Made by a program: the position numbers and the translations under genes
Notes under the pieces: generated by a model
What the model was told of the DNA's origin: nothing
Seen by the model: the letters and a program-made list of their open reading frames with translations, nothing else
Database searches by the model: none
In this document: positions 28,231 to 38,486 of the stretch, in pieces
Position numbering within the stretch: the stretch's first letter is position 1
Layout: every line of letters starts with the position of its first letter
Assembly: GCA_965223425.1 (NCBI GenBank)
Contig: OZ245003.1
Location: forward strand, 960,001 to 1,024,000
Direction of reading: 5' to 3'
Source of the DNA: Nitrosopumilus sp.
GTDB lineage: Archaea > Thermoproteota > Nitrososphaeria > Nitrososphaerales > Nitrosopumilaceae
Length of the DNA stretch: 64,000 bases

Positions 28231-28533
28231 GTGAATGTAGATTCTGAGAAAATAGAGTCTGTTGTATCTCAAAAACGTGTAAAACTACATATTTTTGAGC
28301 CCAGCCAAAGAAAAATCTGGACAGTTGTGGGTAAAGGAAAGGAATACTGGGTCGATCCCGAATCCGGTTATTGTTCTTGCCCTGCATTCTATTTTGGAAA
28401 ACTAAATGGAAAAGATTCTTGTTACCATCTGGAGTCTGCTCAATTAGCCAACAAAGAAAACAGTTTTGAAAAAATTAATTTTGCTGATGCTGAGTTTTCG
28501 GATTTTATTTCAGGATTACTTTTAGATCTTTGA
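28231..28533 (+). CDS. SWIM zinc-finger protein
   Basis: CSCPAF...CYH. Confidence 0.8.
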   Translation: MNVDSEKIESVVSQKRVKLHIFEPSQRKIWTVVGKGKEYWVDPESGYCSCPAFYFGKLNGKDSCYHLESAQLANKENSFEKINFADAEFSDFISGLLLDL

Positions 28534-28562
28534 TTCAAACGTGTTAATAACTAGAAATTTTA

Positions 28563-28829
28563 TTGAAAATTATGGATGAGGCGCAACACAATTCTGAAAT
28601 TGAAAAGATTGCAAATGAAATGATTCATGATGATCTGCCTGTAGATGAACAAGATACTTCAAAATTAGAAAAATACAAAAATCAAGTCAAAGAAGACTGT
28701 GGTCTTAATGATGATGATGATGATGCAATGAAGCTAGTTTATGAGGCGCTTCTTTACAGGACATTAAAAAATTCTGATTCTGGAGACATATTGGAAAAAG
28801 GTAATGATTTTGGTGCTGGATTCAGCTAA
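28563..28829 (+). CDS. Hypothetical acidic protein
   Basis: 88-aa ORF with host-like composition. Confidence 0.65.
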   Translation: MKIMDEAQHNSEIEKIANEMIHDDLPVDEQDTSKLEKYKNQVKEDCGLNDDDDDAMKLVYEALLYRTLKNSDSGDILEKGNDFGAGFS

Positions 28830-29131
28830 CCTTGTTCTAGCGGTATGGTGTCAATGTCGTCTTTTGAAACACCTTTCCAAAGACCGATCATTCCTTCAGG
28901 CTCTACCTCTTCAACCTTGGTGATTTGTTGAACCTTGATGTGATCTGGGTTTGGCGGCATCCATAACATTGCCATGTAGTCGCCAACATTTCCAACTTTA
29001 CTTGGCAAGGCCATGATGACTTTGTCTTTTACAAATCCTTTTCCAGTTAGTGCATTCATTGCCTTTTCATTTAGATCCATTCTTCCATGTAGGAATAGAT
29101 AGACATCTTTTTCTGTATTGATTTCTGCCAT
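28826..29131 (-). CDS. Hypothetical protein
   Basis: 101-aa ATG ORF, convergent overlap with neighbour. Confidence 0.7.
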   Translation of the reverse strand: MAEINTEKDVYLFLHGRMDLNEKAMNALTGKGFVKDKVIMALPSKVGNVGDYMAMLWMPPNPDHIKVQQITKVEEVEPEGMIGLWKGVSKDDIDTIPLEQG

Positions 29132-29219
29132 AAATTACATGATTTTTCAAACTAAATCAACCTTGCTGATCTGATTGCTGCCAAAAAGGGTTAAATTAGA
29201 ATGGACAAAAATTTCAATT

Positions 29220-29513
29220 GTGAAAATCTTTACTGTGGGAAGCAAATCATTTGTAACTAGTTTTCAACTAGCTGGCGTTCCGGGAATCATATCTGACACT
29301 CCTCAAAATGCTCTACAAGAAATTACAAAATTAACAGATGATTCTGATGTGGGATTAATTCTTGTCAGTGATGATATTACAGAAAAAATCAACGATGAGT
29401 TAACGGCACTTCGAGCTGAAAAATCTACTCTTGTCTTTGCATTGCCTTCAACTGGAAGTGAAAAAACCGAAGTTGATTACAGAGTGATGCTCAAGAAGAT
29501 TCTTGGTGTGTGA
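29220..29513 (+). CDS. atpF: A/V-type ATP synthase subunit F
   Basis: KIFTVGSKSFVTSFQLAGV, DVGLILV, LKKILGV; GTG at 29220 is the likely start. Confidence 0.85.
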   Translation: MKIFTVGSKSFVTSFQLAGVPGIISDTPQNALQEITKLTDDSDVGLILVSDDITEKINDELTALRAEKSTLVFALPSTGSEKTEVDYRVMLKKILGV

Positions 29514-29554
29514 TTCTTTTAATCTACTTATAATCAACATTCTGATGTTTTAGC

Positions 29555-30583
29555 ATGAAAACTGCGTCTGTCAAAGAGCCATCAATAATCTCTGTTGATG
29601 AAACAGAAGAACCAACATTGGGTTCTGGCGATATTTTAGTTCAAATGCAGGCTTGTGGAATTTGTGGTTCTGATTTGGAAAAGGTCTTTGGCCAGTACGG
29701 ACAACCATCCATGCGGTTAGGCCATGAACCTGCTGGAATAGTTTTGGATGTTGGCTCTGATGTAACAGAATTCAAAAAAGATGATAGAGTGTTTACCCAT
29801 CATCATGTACCTTGTTATGATTGCCACTTGTGTAATCATGGCAATGAGACAATGTGTCCAAAATACTATGAAACAAATCTTTCTCCGTGCGGATTGTCTG
29901 AACAATATGTTGTGCCTGCATGGAGTGTTTCTCATGGCGGGGTTCTCAAAATTTCTGATTCTCTAAGTTTTGAAGAAGCTGCAATGGTTGAGCCTCTTGC
30001 ATGTTGTGTACGGGCATGGACAAAATATCCTTATCACGAGGGCGATTCTGTTGCAATTCTTGGCGTAGGGCCTACAGGAATGATGCATGTGATGCTGGCG
30101 CATTCCAAGAAGTTCTCCAAAATCATATGTTTTGATGTTAATGATTTTAGGCTAGATTTTGCAAAAAAATTCAACATTACTGAATCGATCAACTCCAAGG
30201 ATGAAAACAGAAAACAAAAGATTCTAGATCATACTGATGGTAGGGGAGTGGATGTGGCAATTGTCGCAACTAGTAGTCTAAAGGCTCTAGACGATGCAAT
30301 TGATATGGTAAGAAAAGGCGGTGCAGTTATGATGTTTGGCGTTCCTTCAAAAGGAACTAAATTAGATTTGGATATGAGTAAAATCTATTCTAAAGAGATT
30401 ACTCTTGTCACTAGTTATGCTGCATCTGACAAGGATACTAAAGAAGCGCTGGAACTCATCGAATCTTCCCAAATTGATGTTAAAGAATTAATCACTCACA
30501 CCTACCCAATTATTGATTCTCAAAAAGCATTTGATCATGCGCGTACCGGTGATAACGCAATGAAAATAATCATCACAAAATAA
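29555..30583 (+). CDS. Zinc-dependent (MDR) alcohol/sugar dehydrogenase
   Basis: CGICGSD, GHE, CxxCxxC...C, GVGPTG. Confidence 0.9.
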   Translation: MKTASVKEPSIISVDETEEPTLGSGDILVQMQACGICGSDLEKVFGQYGQPSMRLGHEPAGIVLDVGSDVTEFKKDDRVFTHHHVPCYDCHLCNHGNETMCPKYYETNLSPCGLSEQYVVPAWSVSHGGVLKISDSLSFEEAAMVEPLACCVRAWTKYPYHEGDSVAILGVGPTGMMHVMLAHSKKFSKIICFDVNDFRLDFAKKFNITESINSKDENRKQKILDHTDGRGVDVAIVATSSLKALDDAIDMVRKGGAVMMFGVPSKGTKLDLDMSKIYSKEITLVTSYAASDKDTKEALELIESSQIDVKELITHTYPIIDSQKAFDHARTGDNAMKIIITK

Positions 30584-30620
30584 GAAAGGCTTAAGAAAGG
30601 TATTTCAAAATCGAAGAAAC

Positions 30621-31454
30621 ATGGATTGGGGACTAAAAAATAGATTATCCAGCATCATCAAGCCACAAAATAGCCGTGCATTAATGTTGGCAGTTGACCA
30701 CGGGTATTTTCTTGGCCCAACTGAAAAATTAGAAAACCCAAAAAAAGTCATTGGACCTCTTTTGAAATATTGTGACTCTTTGATGCTTACCAGAGGCGTT
30801 CAGAGAACGTCTGTTCCTGCAACAACTAGCACTCCGATGGTATTGAGAGTCTCTGGAGGCTCTAGCATTATTGGTGAGGATTTATCTCAAGAAGAGATTA
30901 CCGTTTCTATCCAAGATGCAATCAGGCTTAACGCCAGTGCACTTGCAATGTCTATCTTTGTTGGCTCAAAATATGAACACCAAACCATTGTGAATCTTGG
31001 AAAATTAGTAAGTGAAGCCGAGCAATATGGAATTCCTGTTTTAGCTGTTACTGCGGTTGGAAAAGAGTTAGGGAAAGATGCACGATACCTTTCATTAGCC
31101 TGTAGAATTGCAGCTGAGCAGGGTGCACATGTTGTTAAGACATACTATTGTGATGATTTTAAGAAAGTTGTAGAATCATGTCCTGTTCCAATCATTGTTG
31201 CAGGTGGTAAGAAGATTCCAGAACGTGATGCATTACAATTAACGTACAACTCAATCAAAGATGGTGCTGTTGGCGTTGATATGGGTAGAAACATCTGGCA
31301 ATCAGAACACCCGGTAGCTATGATCCGAGCAGTTAGAGGCATCGTTCATGGAAATCTAAATGCTGAACAAGCACTCGATCTTTACAAACGTCTATCAAGC
31401 AATAACCCAAAAAAGGAAAAAAATCAAAACAAACCTAATCCTGATAAAAAATAG
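30621..31454 (+). CDS. lsrF: LsrF-like class I aldolase/thiolase
   Basis: MDWGLKNRL, LAVDHGYFLGP, VVKTYY, GVDMGRNIWQS. Confidence 0.88.
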   Translation: MDWGLKNRLSSIIKPQNSRALMLAVDHGYFLGPTEKLENPKKVIGPLLKYCDSLMLTRGVQRTSVPATTSTPMVLRVSGGSSIIGEDLSQEEITVSIQDAIRLNASALAMSIFVGSKYEHQTIVNLGKLVSEAEQYGIPVLAVTAVGKELGKDARYLSLACRIAAEQGAHVVKTYYCDDFKKVVESCPVPIIVAGGKKIPERDALQLTYNSIKDGAVGVDMGRNIWQSEHPVAMIRAVRGIVHGNLNAEQALDLYKRLSSNNPKKEKNQNKPNPDKK

Positions 31455-31456
31455 AA

Positions 31457-31861
31457 CTATCCTTCTACCTTCGATAGATGGATGTGTGCAATCTTCCATG
31501 TTGGCTGCTTTACTAAGACAAATGTTGCACGTCCATTAACTGTCATGTGTTCTCCGGTGTATGCTTTGTTATCCACCAGCATCCCTTTTTGAGTTAATTC
31601 CAATGCAACAACTGCAGCATCTCCAAATATGCTGATTTTTGGATTTTTTATTTCATAAGTATAATCAGATATGCTTACAAATCGCAACTCTTCTAACTCT
31701 ATTGTCGTTTGATAATCTTTTAGATCATATGGTGGCAAGTCACTAAAACTTGAAAACTTTGGATCGTTGAGATGAATGTCTTTTAGTACAGATAGATCTT
31801 TTGTTACTCCAGCCTGAAATAATGCCTCAATAATTTTTATAATCTCTTCACTGTCTGACAA
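31457..31861 (-). CDS. SnoaL/NTF2-like protein
   Basis: FGDAAVV...RATFVLVK..WKIAHIHLS. Confidence 0.8.
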   Translation of the reverse strand: MSDSEEIIKIIEALFQAGVTKDLSVLKDIHLNDPKFSSFSDLPPYDLKDYQTTIELEELRFVSISDYTYEIKNPKISIFGDAAVVALELTQKGMLVDNKAYTGEHMTVNGRATFVLVKQPTWKIAHIHLSKVEG

Positions 31862-32103
31862 TTACTCCTCTCAAATACGGAAATTAGTTTAAATCTTCTG
31901 CATCGTGATGCGCAAATTGCCCTGTTTGTGTGGTTAATACAAATCATATCGCTAAAACTAAGAAAAACAGCCTCAATCACTAATTTTATAAACAATCTTT
32001 CACATGCTATACCCATGTCAGACTCGGTAGAATCAAACAATGTTCTAGTTGTACTGCTGAGTGTCTGTTAAAGCTCCGAACGTTGCCTTAACACATTAAA
32101 ATT

Positions 32104-33816
32104 ATGGAGATTGAATTGATGAATAAAATGGAAACTATGACTGGCGCAAAGGCCCTGATGAAGGCCATGGAAAAGGAAGGTGTCAAACAAGTGTTTGGCT
32201 TACCGGGAGGTGCAAATCTTCCAATGTATGATGAATTTGCTAGATGTGATATTAGACATATTTTGGCAAGACATGAGCAATCAGCTGCTCATATGGCTGA
32301 TGGTTTTGGTAGGGTCAGCAGAAAACCGGGGGTTTGCTTTGCAACATCAGGACCTGGAGCAACTAACATACTAACTGGAATTGCAACAGCACAAGCTGAT
32401 TCTGCACCAATGATTGCAGTAACTGGCCAAGTACCAGTTGAAATGATCGGAAAAGATGCATTTCAAGAAAGCGATATTATTGGAATGGCAAACCCCGTTG
32501 TAAAATATGCATATCAGCCAAGAACAGCTGCTGACATTCCAAAAGCAGTAAGAAAAGGATTTTACATTGCAGAGACTGGCAGACCAGGACCTGTGTTAAT
32601 TGACATCCCAAAAGATGTTCAGACAAACAAAGCTGAGATGGAATTTCCAGATGAATTTAGAATACAAGGTTATAACCCTTGGACTGATCCTGACATTGTT
32701 GACTGTGAAAAAGCAATCGACATGTTACTTAATTCAGAAAAACCAATCATTTTAGCTGGTGGTGGAACTATTATCTCATCTGCATTTGTTGAATTACAGT
32801 CTATTGCTGAAACTCTTCTGCTTCCAGTAGTCACCACTTTCAAAGGAAAGGGCGCATTTCCTGAGAACCATCCTTTGTCATTAGGTCCAATTGGAATGCA
32901 TGGACATGCAGAGGCAAATAAAATGATGACAGAAGCTGATTGTGTGTTGGCAATAGGAACCCGTTTCTCTGATAGGTCAGTTGGAACCTTTGAGACATTT
33001 GAAAAGAGGCTCAAAATCATTCACATGGACGTGGATCCAGCAGAGATTGGTAAAAACCAAATGGCACAAGTTGCAGTAGTTGGAGACGTAAAGGCGTCAC
33101 TTCGAATAATGATAAAATTACTTTTGCAAAGAGCAATCAAAAAAACTGAAGAGAGTACATGGATTAAACATGTCAAAGAGACTAAAGCATACTGGAAAGA
33201 AAACTTGAAACTTCATCCCGGTGAAATGGGAGCTGCAAAAATTTTGCGTAAACTCCGTGAGCTGTTGCCTCCCGAAGCTGTTGTAACTACTGAAGTAGGA
33301 CAGCACCAAATGTGGGCATCATTATTTTATGATGTAATTCAGCCCGGTACTTTCTTTAGTTCCACCGGACTTGGTACCATGGGTTGGGGATTTCCTGCAT
33401 CAATTGGTGCCAAAGTAGCACGTCCTGACGTTCCTGTAGTGGATATTGCAGGTGATGGCAGCTTTGCAATGACTGAAAACTCCCTTGCAACTTGCATGCA
33501 AGAAGACATTCCAGTAATTGTATTTGTCTTAAACAACTCTTCATTAGGAATGGTAGCTCAATGGCAGAGAACTTTCTATCAAAGAAGAATGATTGGAGTG
33601 GAACAAGATCATTGTCCTGACTATGTTAAATTAGCAGAATCTTATGGAGCTCAAGGAATTCGAGCACAATCAATGGATGAACTTGATAAGGCAATAAAAT
33701 CTGCACTAAGCAGTGACGTTGCAACTGTAATTGATATTCCAATTGACCCTGAAGAGGACGTATTGCCATTTGTAGCCCCTGGAACTTCGCTTGAGGATAT
33801 GATCTTACCATCATAG
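32104..33816 (+). CDS. ilvB: Acetolactate synthase large subunit
   Basis: FGLPGG, RHEQ, TSGPGATN, TPP motif GDGS...NN. Confidence 0.95.
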   Translation: MEIELMNKMETMTGAKALMKAMEKEGVKQVFGLPGGANLPMYDEFARCDIRHILARHEQSAAHMADGFGRVSRKPGVCFATSGPGATNILTGIATAQADSAPMIAVTGQVPVEMIGKDAFQESDIIGMANPVVKYAYQPRTAADIPKAVRKGFYIAETGRPGPVLIDIPKDVQTNKAEMEFPDEFRIQGYNPWTDPDIVDCEKAIDMLLNSEKPIILAGGGTIISSAFVELQSIAETLLLPVVTTFKGKGAFPENHPLSLGPIGMHGHAEANKMMTEADCVLAIGTRFSDRSVGTFETFEKRLKIIHMDVDPAEIGKNQMAQVAVVGDVKASLRIMIKLLLQRAIKKTEESTWIKHVKETKAYWKENLKLHPGEMGAAKILRKLRELLPPEAVVTTEVGQHQMWASLFYDVIQPGTFFSSTGLGTMGWGFPASIGAKVARPDVPVVDIAGDGSFAMTENSLATCMQEDIPVIVFVLNNSSLGMVAQWQRTFYQRRMIGVEQDHCPDYVKLAESYGAQGIRAQSMDELDKAIKSALSSDVATVIDIPIDPEEDVLPFVAPGTSLEDMILPS

Positions 33817-33825
33817 TGGTTTATC

Positions 33826-34308
33826 ATGTGGGCAATTCTTTCTTTAGTAGTTGAAAACAAACCTGGAATCTTGTTTAAGGTGACCCATCTTTTCCGTTCA
33901 AGGAACTTTAACATTGACAGTATTTCTGTTGGCGTGATGGAAAATACAGAGTACTCCAAGATGACTATTACTACAATCGGCGATGAAAAACAAGTGGCAC
34001 AGATTGTAAAACAACTCGATAAAATGATTGATACAGTAGAGGTCAAGTATCTAGATGAGCACAAAACCGTGTATAGGGAACTTAGTCTTTTTAAGATAAA
34101 ACTCAGTAATGCCGATGATAGTATGGAAGTAAACAAAATTGCCAATGCATATGGCGGCAAAGTACATGATGTAAAAAAAGATTCCATTATGGTGGAATTG
34201 ACTGCGACTCCCCACCAAATCGAGGCATTTGAGGAGTTAGTAAAACCATTTGGAATCATTGATGTTGCGCGTACTGGTGTTGCCGCATTACAGAGGAGTG
34301 GGGCATGA
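33826..34308 (+). CDS. ilvN: Acetolactate synthase regulatory subunit
   Basis: ACT domain VENKPGIL...FNIDSISVG, C-terminal ARTG. Confidence 0.93.
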   Translation: MWAILSLVVENKPGILFKVTHLFRSRNFNIDSISVGVMENTEYSKMTITTIGDEKQVAQIVKQLDKMIDTVEVKYLDEHKTVYRELSLFKIKLSNADDSMEVNKIANAYGGKVHDVKKDSIMVELTATPHQIEAFEELVKPFGIIDVARTGVAALQRSGA

Positions 34309-35819
34309 ACATTAGAATATTTGACACAACATTAAGGGATGGAGAGCAAACCATCGGGGTTTCTCTATCGCCGGATCAAAAACTATCTATTGCAAAAAAA
34401 CTTGATGAGCTTGGAGTTGATGCAATCGAAGCTGGTTTTCCAGTAATTTCTGAAGGTGAGTTAAAAGCAGCAAAAATGATTGCCGCTGAAGGATTATCAT
34501 GTGAAATTGCAGGGTTGACCAGAACTATCAAAAAAGATATTGATGCTGCAGTTGATGCTGGATTAAACTATGTACACACATTTATTGCAACATCTGATAT
34601 TCATTTAGAGCACAAGCTCCACATTAGCAGAGAGCAAGCATTAGAAAAAGCAGTTGAAGCAGTTGAATATGGAAAATCCCGCGGACTTCAAGTAGAGTTT
34701 TCAGCCGAAGATGCCACAAGAACTGACGGAGAGTTTTTGAAAAAAGTGTTTGGCGCAGTTGCAGAGGCAGGGGCAGACAGAGTTAACATTCCAGACACTG
34801 TAGGATATTGTACTCCTGAACACATGGCAGAATTAACTAGAGACACAATTAAAGTGACAAAACTTCCAGTAAGTGTTCATTGCCACAATGACTTTGGACT
34901 GGCAGTTGCAAACGCGTTATCTGGAATTCATGCAGGAGCTGCATGTGCACATGTTACAATTAATGGAATAGGTGAACGTGCAGGAAATGCGTCATTGGAA
35001 GAATTCTCTATGGCGTTGAAATGTCTTCCATATGAGCAAAAATACGAAACCAACATTAAATCTGAGTTAATCTATGGCACTTCACGATATATTTCAAAAA
35101 TTGTAGGCATCAAGGTACAGCCAAACAAGGCAATTGTTGGCGATAATGCATTTGGACACGAGTCTGGAATTCACACCCATGGCGTGCTAAACAATCCCCT
35201 TACATACGAACCAATAAGCCCAGAATTAGTTGGAAGAAAAAGAAGACTTCGTGTTGGAAAACATGCAGGAATCCATGGAATGAATGCAATGCTTGCAGAA
35301 TTTGGAGTCAAACCAACAGGTGGACAATCACAAGAAATTCTTGAAAAAGTCAAAGTATTAGGCGACCAAGGAAAACAAATCACTGATGTTGAATTGCTTT
35401 CTATTGCAAGTAAAGTTTTAGGTGAAGAAGGAATAAAAAGAATTGTTCAGTTAACCGGATTTTCAGTATCCACTGGAATTGGAACAATGCCTTATGCATT
35501 TGTAAAGCTAAACATTGATGGAAAAGAGTATACTGGAACCGATCACGGCGTTGGTCCAGTTGATGCATCGCTTAATGCAATTCAAAAGATCACTGGAAAA
35601 ATTTCAGAGATTAGAATTAAAGATTATGCCTTGGCATCAATTTCTGGGGGTTCTACCGCACTATGTGAAGTTACAATTAGTGTAGAGGATGCACAAGGAA
35701 ATCGAGTTTCTGCAAAATCAGTGGGTGAAGATATTGTAACTACAAGCGTCCAAGCAGTCATTGATGGCATTAACAGAATTATGCTCAAAAAAATGTTAAA
35801 AGAAAAACAGCTAAATTAA
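34305..35819 (+). CDS. leuA: 2-isopropylmalate synthase / citramalate synthase family
   Basis: DTTLRDGEQ, HCHND, GERAGNA, regulatory domain GVGPVDA; LeuA versus CimA not resolvable by eye. Confidence 0.8.
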   Translation: MNIRIFDTTLRDGEQTIGVSLSPDQKLSIAKKLDELGVDAIEAGFPVISEGELKAAKMIAAEGLSCEIAGLTRTIKKDIDAAVDAGLNYVHTFIATSDIHLEHKLHISREQALEKAVEAVEYGKSRGLQVEFSAEDATRTDGEFLKKVFGAVAEAGADRVNIPDTVGYCTPEHMAELTRDTIKVTKLPVSVHCHNDFGLAVANALSGIHAGAACAHVTINGIGERAGNASLEEFSMALKCLPYEQKYETNIKSELIYGTSRYISKIVGIKVQPNKAIVGDNAFGHESGIHTHGVLNNPLTYEPISPELVGRKRRLRVGKHAGIHGMNAMLAEFGVKPTGGQSQEILEKVKVLGDQGKQITDVELLSIASKVLGEEGIKRIVQLTGFSVSTGIGTMPYAFVKLNIDGKEYTGTDHGVGPVDASLNAIQKITGKISEIRIKDYALASISGGSTALCEVTISVEDAQGNRVSAKSVGEDIVTTSVQAVIDGINRIMLKKMLKEKQLN

Positions 35820-35828
35820 ATTTTAATT

Positions 35829-35997
35829 TTACAGCGCATCTGCTCCGGCTTGACTGTCTTTTATTTTTACTAATTTGTTGATATTGAATGTAAATATCAC
35901 GCCATCCCCATCTGAAAAAGTGGGAATTTCAATTTCGGCTAAAGCATATTGTGCCTCATGTAATGTTGAACTCCTAACAATTGCCTCAATTTAGCAT
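35829..35997 (-). pseudogene. P-II nitrogen regulatory protein (GlnB/GlnK-like) relic
   Basis: ML-frameshift-IEAIVRSSTLHEAQYALAEIEIPTFS joined directly to DGDGVIFTFNINKLVKIKDSQAGADAL*; central half missing. Confidence 0.78.
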
Positions 35998-36091
35998 CTT
36001 ACTTTCTTGCTTGCATAATAATTATGATTTTTTGTTATTTATGCTGTGTTTTCTGGTAATCATTTAAAATTCCCTTGTGACATTCCAAATC

Positions 36092-37105
36092 ATGTACAAA
36101 ATTTCATTAATTACCGGGGATGGAATAGGTCCTGAATTATCTGACTCTGCAATTTCTGTACTTGATACCATTAATGACCGATTTGATGTAAAATTCGAGA
36201 TTACAAAGTTGCCTGCAGGGGACAAGTCTCTTGCAGAAACAGGAAAAGCGCTTCCTGATGAAACAGTAAATACAATAAAACAATCTGATGCGTGTTTGAA
36301 AGCCCCTGTTGGTGAAAGTGCAGCTGATGTCATTGTAGTGTTGAGAAGGATACTTGATCTTTATGCCAATATTCGACCGGCAAAATCTTATCCTCACATG
36401 CCTGCATTACGTGGTGATGTTGATATGGTAATAGTGCGAGAAAACACTGAAGACCTTTACACCGGTAAAGAATTCAGCGTTGGGGATTCTGCAGTTGCAT
36501 TGAGAATAATTTCAGAAAGTGCTTCTAAAAGAATTGCAAAATATGCATTTGAAACTGCCAAACAACGGGATTCTATGAAAAAAGTAACTTGTGTTCATAA
36601 ATCAAATGTAATGCGAGTCACAGACGGATTATTTGCCAAGGCTTGTACTGATGTTTCCAAAGATTATCCTGATATCTTATTTGAAGAGATGTATGTTGAT
36701 GCGTGTGCAATGAATTTAATTCGTCAACCAGAACAGTTTGATGTTGTAGTTACCACAAATCTGTTTGGTGACATCTTATCTGATGAATCGTCCCAAGTTG
36801 TGGGTGGGTTGGGAATGGCCCCAGCTGCTAATATCGGCGATACTTTTGCATTATTTGAACCAGTTCATGGAGCAGCATTTGATATTGCTGGACAAAACAT
36901 TGCGAATCCTTCATCGTTTTTACTTTCTATCAAAATGATGCTTGATTGGCTTGGCACAAAAAATAATGATTCAAAATGTTTTGAAATAGGTCAAAAGTTG
37001 GAGTCAACGATATTTGATTTAGTAAAATCAGGTGTTAAAACCAAAGATATCGGCGGAGATAAAACCACGGTAGAATTTACAAAACAAATTACAGATAATC
37101 TCTAA
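36092..37105 (+). CDS. leuB: Isocitrate/isopropylmalate dehydrogenase family protein
   Basis: GDGIGPE, RENTE, HKSN, NLFGDILSD, FEPVHGAAFDIAG; ilv/leu context. Confidence 0.75.
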   Translation: MYKISLITGDGIGPELSDSAISVLDTINDRFDVKFEITKLPAGDKSLAETGKALPDETVNTIKQSDACLKAPVGESAADVIVVLRRILDLYANIRPAKSYPHMPALRGDVDMVIVRENTEDLYTGKEFSVGDSAVALRIISESASKRIAKYAFETAKQRDSMKKVTCVHKSNVMRVTDGLFAKACTDVSKDYPDILFEEMYVDACAMNLIRQPEQFDVVVTTNLFGDILSDESSQVVGGLGMAPAANIGDTFALFEPVHGAAFDIAGQNIANPSSFLLSIKMMLDWLGTKNNDSKCFEIGQKLESTIFDLVKSGVKTKDIGGDKTTVEFTKQITDNL

Positions 37106-37262
37106 TGTCTAATAAAATCTGAGGATATAGGATCCAACGAATATTTTTTTACTGGAAAGCAGTACGATGGTTCTAAAGAAGGAGAGCTGTTATCAGGAAA
37201 TCATCAATCGAATCCGATGGCAATACAAAATCCTACAATACAATCACACCCCAGAAAAAAGC

Positions 37263-37634
37263 ATGCAAGACGCAATTAGAGACAACGCGTTTCTGTTTGC
37301 GATAGTTGTATCAGGAATCGTGATTCTCGGCTTTGGATATGTTCCTCCGCACTCAGAGATGCTAATCGCGCTGGGAGCTGCCTTTATTATTGCAGGTGCT
37401 GTAGGCATATACATGATGCTCGCAACAAGACAGGTAGCCAGAAAGCTGCATGAGAGGTTCAACGAGCAAAACGACATCCTCAAGGAAATAGCATCGTCTC
37501 AGAAGGAAATAGCATCGTCTCAGAAGGAAATGACATCATCTCAGAAGGAAATGACATCGTCTCAAAAACAAAACCATTCAGAGATGATGGGTATCCTTAA
37601 GAGCATAAGCAATACGCTGGAGAAAAAGCTTTAG
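37263..37634 (+). CDS. Two-TM membrane protein with heptad-repeat coiled coil
   Basis: Two hydrophobic helices then (KEIASSQ)2(KEMTSSQ)2; ATG 37263 preferred over 37167. Confidence 0.75.
   Translation: MQDAIRDNAFLFAIVVSGIVILGFGYVPPHSEMLIALGAAFIIAGAVGIYMMLATRQVARKLHERFNEQNDILKEIASSQKEIASSQKEMTSSQKEMTSSQKQNHSEMMGILKSISNTLEKKL
37482..37565 (+). repeat. 4 x 21-bp coding tandem repeat
   Basis: AAGGAAATAGCATCGTCTCAG x2 plus two variants. Confidence 0.92.
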
Positions 37635-37714
37635 CAAAACACAATGCGAGCTAGTTTGTTGGTCAGTTTAAACTGCGTGGTAGATTTTAGGCGTGTTATG
37701 CAACAAGCTAGAAC

Positions 37715-38188
37715 CTAGTCTTTGTGATCAAGTTTGTTGTTGACCTGACCAAGTGATTCGACAATGTTGTCCTGAGACTTTGCGATGTTGTCCTGAGACT
37801 TTGCGATGTTGTCCTGAGACTTTGCGATGTTGTCCTGAGACTTTGCGATGTTGTCCTGGAGATCACCAAGTAATTTGGCAATGTTGTCCTGAGACCTTGC
37901 TATCCTCTCAGTTGACTCGGAGAGCTTTATCAGCGCCTTTCTATTCTCTATTCCCACGTCATGTATTGCCTCCTTGATGCTAGCTCCGATATCCATTGTA
38001 GTCCAAGACATTAGTATTCCTACGAATCCGACGATAATAAAGGCTATGCCCTCGCTTAGGAGTCTTTGGTCTACTAGCTGGCTCAGTGTAATCAAGGATA
38101 TACCAACTGCGATCATTGCAACAAATATGATGTGCTGTCGTCGAATCAGACCGGTTTTTATTTTGGTTGTTGTGTCTTTTTCTTGCAT
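37715..38188 (-). CDS. Two-TM membrane protein with heptad-repeat coiled coil
   Basis: Two hydrophobic helices then (QDNIAKS)n; ATG 38188 preferred over 38209. Confidence 0.75.
   Translation of the reverse strand: MQEKDTTTKIKTGLIRRQHIIFVAMIAVGISLITLSQLVDQRLLSEGIAFIIVGFVGILMSWTTMDIGASIKEAIHDVGIENRKALIKLSESTERIARSQDNIAKLLGDLQDNIAKSQDNIAKSQDNIAKSQDNIAKSQDNIVESLGQVNNKLDHKD
37764..37858 (-). repeat. 4.5 x 21-bp perfect coding tandem repeat
   Basis: ATGTTGTCCTGAGACTTTGCG x4 plus partial; a further variant at about 37881-37900. Confidence 0.93.
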
Positions 38189-38415
38189 ATTTTTTCCTAA
38201 ATGCCGCAAGCATTTTTACCTTTCCCACACCCATCTACCTGTCAGCAGTACATGGAAATGCGTTGCCACAACACGCCCGGTGGTTAACATATGCTGTCAC
38301 TCAAAAGTTCTTGAGGTCAAACATGTTAGATGGTAATACATTTTGATCACCTAGTACCACGCATTACAATGCCAGCAGCAAACCGGAAGACCTCAGGAAG
38401 GCGTACAAGAAAGAG

Positions 38416-38486
38416 GTATGAGTTTAGGTAGCCACTAACACCTTTAACAGCTCATCCTGAACGTTCCTGCCCTGAATCTTCCATGT
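38416..38486 (-). pseudogene. IS66-family transposase 3' end and terminus, split by ISH3 insertion
   Basis: Minus strand reads TWKIQGRNVQDELLKVLVAT*, similar to TWQKRGTSIQEEILRLY* of the IS66 in this window; end GTATGAGTTTAGG is 10/13 to GTAAGAGGCTAGG. Confidence 0.6.

Noticed and set aside
31862-32103. Leader peptide or attenuator upstream of ilvB
   Set aside because: No Ile/Leu/Val-rich short ORF or clear terminator hairpin found.
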